Below are positions 21,481-30,838 of a stretch of 64,000 nt of DNA, piece after piece (positions within the stretch are counted from its first letter, which is position 1; every line of letters starts with the position of its first letter). The notes below the pieces were generated by a model. The model had not been told where the DNA came from. It saw only the letters and a list, made by a program, of their open reading frames with translations, and made no database searches. Location: the NCBI GenBank assembly GCA_000091205.1, contig AP006498.2; one strand, given 5' to 3'. The stretch is from Cyanidioschyzon merolae (lineage: Eukaryota). A program made the position numbers and the translations under genes.

Positions 21481-21985
21481 CGCCTAACGGCATAAACAAG
21501 TATGTTCTTTTGAAGAAACATGAAATTCAAGGGAAAGTTACGGACATGGATGTCGAGAATCCTGGAGGCCCGATGTCTCCGGATCCGAAAGAAAATATTC
21601 GCCTCCCCGACCATGGAGCGAAGAAGAGCAATTCATGACGACGACGACGATGATGACGACGATGCGATATAGGCGAGAAAAGTTGTTTGCTCGACGGTAC
21701 GTTTGCGAAACTGTAGTGGCACCGAGAGCACGAGTTCGAGGCATCTTCGCAAAGCTAAGTTCCACTATTTGCAGTAAATGAAAGGATTTCGTTTACCGAG
21801 ACCTCAACGCCGCGATCATTATCAGACAAATGTGCAGTGCGAAAGACGATACCCGAGGAACTGACGCGATCTAACTTCGCAGGGCACTCTCTCAGGCTCA
21901 AAGTGTGTCTAGATAAACTGAAACCGATAGCACGTGGCTGGTCAAAAAAGGCTGCGAGGCTTCTCAGGGTGGATATTCATTTACT
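21480..21985 (+). mobile_element. F-family short copy fused downstream of the D relic
   Basis: ATGGATGTCGAGAATCCTGGAGGCCC start and a (GAC/GAT)n tract. ORF 21837-22175 reads EELTRSNFAGHSLRLKVCLDKLKPIARGWSKKAARLLR, and the terminus is ggtggatattcatttac. Confidence 0.6.
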
Positions 21986-22754
21986 CTATGGTCCTGGGAT
22001 ATTTTCTGTTTCACGGATCACATGTATACAGCGACTAGTTCAGATGCCGATCGGCGTCCTGTCCAACGCTAACTACACCAGTTCCAGGATAAAATGTGAC
22101 ATGGAACTATTCGCTCTGTTTCTGTCTTGCGATTTCAACCGAACTATTTTAGATGTCCAGGCTCTGCGTTCGTAGTCTGGCAATAAGCGCTTACGGATTC
22201 ATACGCAGTTTTTGGGATTTTCGGTCGACCATCCGCAGTGGCTCCATCGATGTCGTGGCGCTGGAATTCGTTACGCCACAGGATTCAAGATCATTCGCTA
22301 CGCCCTCGAACAGGGATTTGTAAAATAACCTGTATTATAATCCAATGGATAAGCAGAAGCCTTGACTCTTCTCTCCCAGTTGCGTACAGCATGCTCAAAT
22401 CAAAAGACTTTAGCATTTTTGGATCTTTCAGTGCCAATGGAACTCGTGAGTGCAGCAGTTCGCCCCACTGGATAAACGAGGAAAAGAGTGCAACGTTGTC
22501 GTCGACTATGGGCTTGTTCACAAACTCATATCAAATGCATACGGACATTTTCACGTCATAGATACGATTGCGTTCAAAAGAAATATCGTTTTCCCTTAAT
22601 GTCCATCGACGAGACGGGATTCGACAGCAGCATGAACGCGTTCAGAAAAAATCTGCCCCGAGAGCATCCGCCGCTTTTTATGTATGGGAAAGGACCAGGA
22701 ACCGGGACTTGAGTCGTCAAAGCGATTACATTCAGTGGATAGTTCGTCAGCGCT

Positions 22755-23330
22755 TTGCACGAAGGGCGCGAAGCCGGATCAAGATTTCACGATTACCTCT
22801 TTGACCTGAGTTTTAGTTTTTGGTACCGTTTTCGTCGTCGACGACAGCGCGTTCTAGTATCCCTCTATCAAATGGAGCAGCGTACGCTTATATATGCTGC
22901 GGAGAGAGTCCGCACCGAGGGGACCTCTTTGAGGAAAACGCGTGGTCATAGGATATCCGCTGGACGCATAAACGGGAACGAGCACCGTTCAGTGCCGTCT
23001 GTACCCGCCAAGGGCATGAACCGAGCGATAAAGCAAGCATTCATGCGCGACTGGGCGGCGCTTGGGGGAGAAGATCTAAAGGGTGCAGAGTTATACCTGA
23101 CCAGTATCTAGTGTAACCGCTGCGCGGGGCGCACAGAAACTGTATACAAAGAGAATGAAAATCACAAGCGAAGCGTAGATCGCAATGATCGTCTGTCAAA
23201 GAAGTACATCGACAGCATCCGAAAGCAGCGGAGTCAGATCCCTAAAGCTACCATCGACATCCTCCGACTGCTGGCAAGAGAACCGGAGGGAAAAAAGTGA
23301 CCAGCATATTCAAAGCCAGCACGTAAGGGA
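22755..23330 (+). mobile_element. C-family relic, plus orientation
   Basis: ORF 22755-23111 reads ...LYQMEQRTLIYAA...VPAKGMNRAIKQAFM. The downstream frame reads CNRCAGR...RSVDRNDR, a CxxC followed by a degenerate D-R-N stretch. Confidence 0.4.
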
Positions 23331-24109
23331 GAGGATAAGGAAGCAGATGCAGGAATTGCCGCCAGAGGCTGATTTTGGTGCTCATGGTAAGGGACGCAAG
23401 CTTTGCAGTGTACATACGTTTCAGGGGACACGCCCTGTTTTCTCTGACACTCTAGCGCACAACCTGAATATTGGGCGCGTACCGCCTGACGCCTATCGGT
23501 GGTTCACGCTTTCTCGAAGAGAGCAGCAGTGAGGCATGCAAGAAACCGCTCTAGCCTGATCTGCTCTGTACCCGTTCACGTTGATATTCGTAGAGTGCGG
23601 GCGTCAGCAGTGCAACACGACTCCACGAATGACTGGACTCGAAAGTATGCGCGGCAGCGATGGGGTTCATATCCCGATGATGCGCAGCGATGACTACTTC
23701 GGAAGTGTGTAGTTCCATCCATCGATCCGCTCGCTAGAAAATCCGATACTAGTTCAACTGCCGTGTGCGTAGCATTGCGAGCACCCTTGTGCCTGTCGAC
23801 AAAGTACTCTACTCTTCAGGACACTTTTCTTCATATTGAGGCCCGGAGCGCAAGCGTCCTCATCCTTCTCCTGTTTTACAGAAAAGCACCGCGCTTACTG
23901 CTTCGGCATGATCTCGAAATGGGTTCAGCAAAACGCCCCCTAGAGCGAAACATTTATCCGAGTACGCGTCTATGGAGACACGACGCCATCTGGGGTATCA
24001 CCGACGCGGTTTGGTAAACAAAAGCGTAGCCACTGCGGGCTACACGACCTGCACCTTGTTCTGAACGCGAACTCTTGGACGCGCATCAACTAACGCCGTA
24101 CATTGCCAG

Positions 24110-26737
24110 CTAGCATTCATCGCACCAGACGCTTGTCTCCTGGACAATGCGCTGGATCATGTCCAGCACGCTCCTATAGCGCACATCCTCCCGGCTTGGT
24201 GGCTTACAAACCTGCAAGTGATCGGCACGATCCACGCGGACCAGCTCGCCGACCCCTGCGTAAGCAGATTCCTCTGAAACGAATAGGAAGCGACTCCCGC
24301 CCCACGTTCGAGTTGTGGTGCCTTCATAGATGCTGAGCACTTGCACCGGCGGTAGTATGCAGCTTGGCTCTAGGGACAACTTCTTCGCTGGTGACGAAGG
24401 AACATCGCAGTCTGATGCTGCGGCTTCCTGCTCATCGTCGTCGGCAGCGCTGCGACGTTTGATTTCCTCACGTAAAAGGCCCTGCACATACTCAGTGCCG
24501 ACCGATACCGGTCCAAGCACGTCCAGAACTTGGTCGCCTCGCTCGCGAAAGACCTGTCGACGAGACGGCTCTCTGCTAGACTGTTGTCCACGATGCGCGT
24601 GCTGGTCTGCAACGGTGCTCTGGAGCTCGCTCCGGATGCCCGCTCCTCCTTCGGCAGGTCTTCGAGCATATTTTGTTGTCCCTGCATCCAGCGCTGAGCG
24701 CGACCCATCCCGCTGCTGCTGACCTGCACTTGCTGCCAACCAGAGACCCCAGAGCACCCCGGGAAGCCGAGTGCGCCCCTGGTCGTCGCGCAGTTCTCGA
24801 CAGGGGTGTCGAATGAGTGTCAGAAAGGCACGGTGTAACTTTTCGATGCTTTCATTGTAGGGGAGCAGCTCACGCACGGGCGCTGCAGGCCTGACGGCCT
24901 TGTCGAGGATGCCACCCAGAAACCGGCCAGCAACTGCAGATCCATGATGCGGTGTCGAATAGAACGCAATACCACGCAATGCCCTAGACAAGGTTCCCGC
25001 GCCCGGCGTATCAGCAGCCGAGGCAGCTGCGTCATCCACGAGGAGCTGTTTCGCAATGAGGCCTCCATATGAGTGCGCAACAAGCACCAGGGGCCGCTTG
25101 CCCACACCTGCTCGGAGGAGTTTCCGACGCAGATCAGCGGCTTGCTCGCTCAAGGAGAGCGTTGCACCGGATTCCTCAGAACTTCCCCAGGCGGTCAGGG
25201 CACTGGAGTAACCAACGGAGAGAATTCGTGCCGATGCACCAAGGTCTGGCGCGAGCCACTCCCGAGGCCACAGTCGCTCTTGCCAGGCTTTCATGCTCTT
25301 GCGCGCTGCGGTTGCCTGCACAGGCGCCTCAACGAGGTCCTCATCCGTCGGTTTGCGGACGTCGTAGGCGCCACATCGCCACGTCAGAAGCGGATCGCCT
25401 CGAAGTCCGTGGACAAATACCACATCCACCAGGGGTGCGCAGGCTCGCGCTAGGGTCGGCTCAGGAGATAGCAGGTACACCTCCAAATCGAGGCGGTTCG
25501 ATGAATATCCCAGGAGTTCCTCACACGCATTCTCGAGGGCTCGATCCGCGCACGCCTGCAGAAGCGTATGATCTGTTCTACACTTCCACTCGCAAAAGAT
25601 GCGAATCCATTCAGGATATTGCTGGGCAAGCGTAACACTAAACCGATCCGTGATCCGCTTTGCTATTTCCATGCGTAGAAGATCCGCTGCCTGCACGCCC
25701 GCAGTGCCGCTTCTATCCCGGCTGTTGGGAGACGACGGCCTTGGTGTCTCTGCAGCATTCATGTTCACGAGTCCTGCGCCCTGCTGCTGTCTCGAATCGG
25801 CAAGGAGCATCAGCGTGCGCATGCATTCATCTGCTTTGGGGTTTCCGTCAATCTGCTCAAACAAAAGTGTGACTGCTCTGGTATCCGCATGACGAACGCA
25901 GGCAGAGGCAAGCAGGCGAGCGTACTCCTGTTCAGGAGTCTCAGTTGGAAGTGCCAACAGGCCATCGGTGTCATCCGGGAAAAGTGGAAGACGTCGCAGC
26001 GGAGACGGGTCCGCTTCTAGAATCCGTTCAAGCGTTCCTCGCAATACAGCAAACATCTGGGTATCGTCGAGGCTGTGGTTCGCAGTACGCTCGTGTGCCA
26101 GTGTTGTGGCTGCTGGGTCCGGCAGCGCGGACTCGACGCTATGCCGTCCCACTGTTCTGCGCTCGCCAGCAACCGCTGGAGAAGCAGCCACCAGTTGGGA
26201 CCACGATTCTAACAGCACTGGGGCAACAGCTGCCTGCCTGGCAAACTCCAGCAAATGAGGTGTGCTTCCTCTCACACTGTATGGAGCACATCGCAGTAGC
26301 AAGCGAGAAGCCTCAGCGCTTGCGGAGACGCAGGCATCGCGCAGGGACTCCATGACAGCGCGACTGATCGGCCTTGAGGCGTGTTGCATAGCGTCTCCGG
26401 AGGCGTGCCCCTGCTCGCTCGAGAAACCTGTTCGAAAAAGTTTCTTGCTGGTCGCTTGGTTGCACGCGAGCCGCCAGATACGGGCGATCCAAGCAGTCAA
26501 GACCCAGCCTCCTTGCAGCGCCCATTCTTCGCACCACGCAGCATCTTCAACGGGTCTTAGACTCCGCATGGCGAGTGCTCGCTGTTCAGCGTCCCCAACG
26601 CGCAGACGCCATACCGTCTGCAACACTTGTCTGCGGATATATACCCGGTCCATCGTACCAAACCCACCTGCTGGGCGGCCTCGACTCCATTCCGTGCATG
26701 CTCGGTCGCTCTGTTGAACACTTGACGACTCTCCCAT
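24110..26737 (-). CDS. alpha/beta-hydrolase protein, DUF676 / PGAP1-like putative serine esterase family
   Basis: The 875-aa ORF has VVFVHGLRGDPLLTW (the oxyanion/HG region) and LVLVAHSYGGLIAKQLL (a GxSxG-type nucleophile elbow, here AHSYGG). Large non-catalytic flanks. Confidence 0.65.
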   Translation of the reverse strand: MGESSSVQQSDRACTEWSRGRPAGGFGTMDRVYIRRQVLQTVWRLRVGDAEQRALAMRSLRPVEDAAWCEEWALQGGWVLTAWIARIWRLACNQATSKKLFRTGFSSEQGHASGDAMQHASRPISRAVMESLRDACVSASAEASRLLLRCAPYSVRGSTPHLLEFARQAAVAPVLLESWSQLVAASPAVAGERRTVGRHSVESALPDPAATTLAHERTANHSLDDTQMFAVLRGTLERILEADPSPLRRLPLFPDDTDGLLALPTETPEQEYARLLASACVRHADTRAVTLLFEQIDGNPKADECMRTLMLLADSRQQQGAGLVNMNAAETPRPSSPNSRDRSGTAGVQAADLLRMEIAKRITDRFSVTLAQQYPEWIRIFCEWKCRTDHTLLQACADRALENACEELLGYSSNRLDLEVYLLSPEPTLARACAPLVDVVFVHGLRGDPLLTWRCGAYDVRKPTDEDLVEAPVQATAARKSMKAWQERLWPREWLAPDLGASARILSVGYSSALTAWGSSEESGATLSLSEQAADLRRKLLRAGVGKRPLVLVAHSYGGLIAKQLLVDDAAASAADTPGAGTLSRALRGIAFYSTPHHGSAVAGRFLGGILDKAVRPAAPVRELLPYNESIEKLHRAFLTLIRHPCRELRDDQGRTRLPGVLWGLWLAASAGQQQRDGSRSALDAGTTKYARRPAEGGAGIRSELQSTVADQHAHRGQQSSREPSRRQVFRERGDQVLDVLGPVSVGTEYVQGLLREEIKRRSAADDDEQEAAASDCDVPSSPAKKLSLEPSCILPPVQVLSIYEGTTTRTWGGSRFLFVSEESAYAGVGELVRVDRADHLQVCKPPSREDVRYRSVLDMIQRIVQETSVWCDEC

Positions 26738-27389
26738 CGTATCGCTTACGTTCTATATCATAACATGATCCGCTATGAGGACGTGCCAGGGCTGTGCTTG
26801 GTGCATACACGCTCGTTGTGCGCTTAGCGCTCGTTTCGCCTTGGCCCGTCGCTGACGAGCAGCGGTGTCGCAGCAGCGTCCAGCGTGCGCTGCTTGTGCC
26901 GCGTTTAAAGAGTCCTGCGGCACTACAGGGCCGTAGCGGCCGGCTCACACGAGCGCTGGCAGGGCACTGTCTCAAGCGTTTCCAGCGGGTGTACTGCAGG
27001 TACGGGAGGTACGACTCTGGACAGGTACCTGGCGCTGTTCAACGGTACTCCTCTCGCTAACTGAGCTTGAACTGTGGACAACTTGGAAACCGTCTCGTGT
27101 AGTTGTCCTGAACAGACGCAGGCAAGTGGCAACTGCCTCCCTTTGCGCTGCAACTAGGCTTGGTGGCTTTCCCGGTGACGCTGAAGCGACCTTGCAGACG
27201 TCTCGACTACGTACGGGCAGTTATGTGTTTGCAAGCAACGTGCTAGAGCGTGTTCAGTTGCGAGCAAGCGTCTATATAGAAGATGTAAACGTCCGTTTTT
27301 ATTCAAAACTAGCGTCAATCTAGGTACACAACGATTTCTTTGACGCACCAACCAGTGCTTCGCCCTATACGCGGGCTAGATGAAAATGG

Positions 27390-28140
27390 TACACTGATTT
27401 TTTCGATGACAAAACGTTTACATTGACCTTGCATCCCGGATTGCAGGATAGATAATGGTAATCAAAGAAGTGTCCAACATGATGCACCTTACCTCCAAGT
27501 TCCATGACTTATTCTCGGATGTATTGGTCGTTTCGTATGTTCTATCGTGCGCCAGGTACCTGCTTTGAGCACCCGCCTTGGTACCTAAACTGCTGTTACG
27601 GATGCTGCACGTAAACAGAGCGGCTTTGCCATACCACTGAGCGCTTCGGCTGGAGGAATGCTTCACCTAACATGGAGTCGGGATCCATTATAATCCTGGG
27701 TGCCGGTAAGCTGTGCAGACAGACGTACTGTCTGCGGCAGCGCGAAGCGATGTACAAGGAGTCCACTGCGACCGGGGCGATCCCCAGACGCAGCGTACCC
27801 GCTCCTAGTCTTGGAATAAACTGCGTTTTGGACGAGCTGCTCAGGTCCATTCACAGCACTGGGCGCTGGAAAGAGCATGAATGACTGGTCTAGCAGACAC
27901 GTCCGGCTCGCGAGACCCTCCTCCTATAGGGTAAACTTTCGACAGTGTGGAAAGCGTGTCCGCCTTTTAACGTTTATCGTAGATGGGGAAAGTAATCATT
28001 TTATTGTCGCTACTTAGTGGCTTCTTTCTGTTCTTCGTTCTGAATAGAGCGCTCGATGCGCGAACCTCCATACCTGGCAGGAACTGAACATGTCGCGTAT
28101 CTCGCAGATGGAGGGAAACGCGATCCTGACCGCTCCTTGC
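27390..28140 (-). mobile_element. B-family copy, inverted relative to the copy at 410-1100
   Basis: The TIR at 28100-28140 (ggagggaaacgcgatcctgacc) is the inverse of the 412-435 TIR. 27850-28000 matches 550-830 and 63050-63290. Minus ORF 27418-27666 (GAQSRYLAHDRTYETTNTSENKSWNLEVRCIMLD) matches plus ORF 63301-63618. Confidence 0.6.
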
Positions 28141-28239
28141 CCTATTTCTCTAAAGGGCGAGTTGTATTCTCGTTAACTTCATAGCCAAGTATAGTTTTCA
28201 ATTCGATTGCTTTTCAACCCTCAAGTAAAAATATTCGAT

Positions 28240-30656
28240 TGACTTTTCGCAGTATATAACAGAAGCGTTCAAAGAGCGTTCTTTTTCAAAAAAAATAAAA
28301 ATGAAAAGTTATGAGAAAGCAAGTCGACGATCCTGGAGGCCCAGTGTCGCTGGGTGCCAGACAAAAAAACGAAAAACTGTGCCTAGTCCAGAGGAACAGG
28401 AAAAGGCAAAGAAGCAAGGGCAGGAAGACCGACGTCAGTGGCTGCAAGAAAGACGACAGTACGACGAGACGGTGGGGAAAGCCTGTTTTCTTAAACATAT
28501 CAAGGATCCGCATAGAGAAAAATCGCGAGAGGTCATTAGGAACCGTGTCGATTCGTACTCCAGGAGGAGTATAAAGTCGTCCTCAGGACTAATGCATCTG
28601 GTGAAGGGGATGTACGAAGACGTGATGGACATGGAAACAGTCGAGGTTCCGGAAGAATTCTTCGACAAGACCTATATTCGTCACCTGATGCTTGGTAGAG
28701 CGGAAGCGCAGAGGGAAAAAGAGCGGATACACGTCCTCACGAAAACCATCCTTTTTACAGCTTCGAGGGTGCTCGAAACAAGGGTGACCGGGATATTCAC
28801 GACAATGGGGCGATGAAGTAGATCACGAACCTGAAGAACCATTTGACAGTGAACCTCGAACGTTTCATGAAACGCACCGTGTTTGCACTCTACTCGGGCC
28901 TATCTCGCAATGGAAAATGGGCGATTATCAATGGCATCACGAAAGATCGCAAGCGTGAAGATGAAGTCGAATTCGTCGACAAGAAGGCATCAAACGAGAG
29001 CACGAATGAAGCTTCTGTAATCCGTGCGGCTATAGAAGAGCATCGTGCAGTCCTGGAGCTGGCGAATCCAACAGACAAGATATCAGAGTTGAAAGAAGCT
29101 AAGGAAAGATACTATCGCCTCGTCCTGCGCTATTTCGTGTTTCTGGACCAAGAACTCGAACGCAAGGCAGAGGTGAAGCAGCGTGAGGAAAGCAATGAAG
29201 AGTGGGAGAGACGGAAGGCTTTCCTACTGGGGAAGCGCCTCAACGTGGTTCCAATGTGCAACATCAAGTCACATTTTGTGACTATCCACTCCAGAATCCT
29301 TCACGGCATCATGGAGGAGATTAGTCCGGAGTTCGATGTTAGCAGGGAGGAATTCTCCGGTGAAAACCGGGAGACGTACTGGAAGAATATCTTCGATTTC
29401 AAACATCTCAAAGTGAGCAAGCAAAAGGTATTCAATGGGATGATCGAAACCGATGGGGTAGCCTTGTGTGTACACTATCGGCGGTTGAAAAGAGATCGTC
29501 CAGTTCCACCCTCGGCTTCGCCCGTGACGAAGGATGAAGAAAAGAAGGAGGCGGATCCTGCGACGCAGGAGGTATAGGATAAAGACCTTGTCGTTGACGT
29601 GACGAAGGATGAAGAAAGGGAGGAGGCGGATCCTGCGACACAGGAGGTGGAGGATAACGACCTTGTCGTTGACGCGGTGAAGCATGAAGATGAGAAGGAG
29701 GCGGATCCTGTGATGCAGGAGGTAGATGGGAACGACTTTGTCGTTCGTGCTGACCCCGGAAACACAAATATCGTAATCATCGCAGTATCCAAGCGTGCGG
29801 AAGACGGTACCGACGGTAATTTTCGTCAGAGACATGCGTCTTTTGAGGTTCTCGAAAATGATATATTATCGAGAATCCGGCACAATGAATGCAAGGAAGA
29901 AAATTGAGACATGGAATGCAGGAATGAAGGATCACCTGGAAACTTTGAGCGAGGTGACTAGCCGAGAGGCGGACTTTCAAACTTTTCTGAAATTCATGGA
30001 AGTTCGCGTTGCTCATTGGGATGCGCTGTGGAATGAGTATGCAAAGCCCCGGTGGGCTCGTCTGCGTATGAATTTGTATTTTGGGAAGCAGCGTGCATTC
30101 GCGAACTTTTTCAATGAGCTGAGCACCTTCAAAGAAGATGAAAGTCAGAGGCTCGTAGTGGCGTACGGAGCAGGGCGCTGCGCGCCCAAAAAAGTATATA
30201 CACCAGCTCCAACGACAAGAACGTACAAGGAGAGCGCAAAGCGTTTCTTTACGATACCAATAAGATGAGTTCCGAACATCGTATACACACCATGAACTGG
30301 GGTGTACATTTCAAAGGGTCGAGATGGAAAAGTGCCAGCGGAGCCCTGAGAATATAAAAAAGTACGGAGCGCTGACAGATGAGCAAATGGAAAGGAGAGC
30401 GGAAGTTCGGGACTACTTGCATTCGTAAGTACAATCAATGGCAAGAAACGTATGGAATTTTTGATCCGGGACTTTAACGCCACAATCAATATAACAACAT
30501 GTGCGGTGATGGAGAATAGACCACCAGAGCGAACACGAGAGAACTTTGTTGGACAACCTTTCAAAATGAAACTATATGAGAAAAAGTTGAAACCAGTAGT
30601 AGGTGGCCGGTCGAGAAAGACTCGATGGTGTTTGAACGTCAGTTGGAGACTTCTTG
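28240..30656 (+). pseudogene. F-family long copy: disrupted TnpB/Fanzor-like RuvC-nuclease gene (about 790 codons over five frame-shifted ORF pieces)
   Basis: ORF pieces are 28301-28816, 28843-29577, 29599-29907, 29795-30268 and 30452-30661. [17 protein letters not shown] is a RuvC-I-like GxDPG block. LVVAYGAGRCAPKK...PAPTTRTYKE is a post-RuvC-II-like region. The C-terminus GLLAFVSTINGKKRMEFLIRDFNATINITTCAV carries D-x-NA(A/T)-x-NI, the RuvC-III signature. There are in-frame stops at 29578 and about 30400. Confidence 0.6.
29524..29748 (+). repeat. 75-bp tandem repeat x3 inside the F long copy
   Basis: Units at 29524-29598, 29599-29673 and 29674-29748 encode ...[22 protein letters not shown] / [25 protein letters not shown] / [29 protein letters not shown]. 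The last unit ends in the RuvC-I-like block. Confidence 0.7.
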
Positions 30657-30838
30657 ACTAGGGCGGGTTTCTCGCCACTACTGTACACCGCTGGCGTCGT
30701 TCGACTTTCGAACGGCGTTTTGCGATGGTTTGATCGTTGCAACGCTCCAGGAGCAAACAAGGCTTGGAAACGTGCACGCTTTTCATGGAAAGAGCGCAGC
30801 GCTGCTTGCAGAGAGAGCCTTTGATGCGGTAGAGGTGC

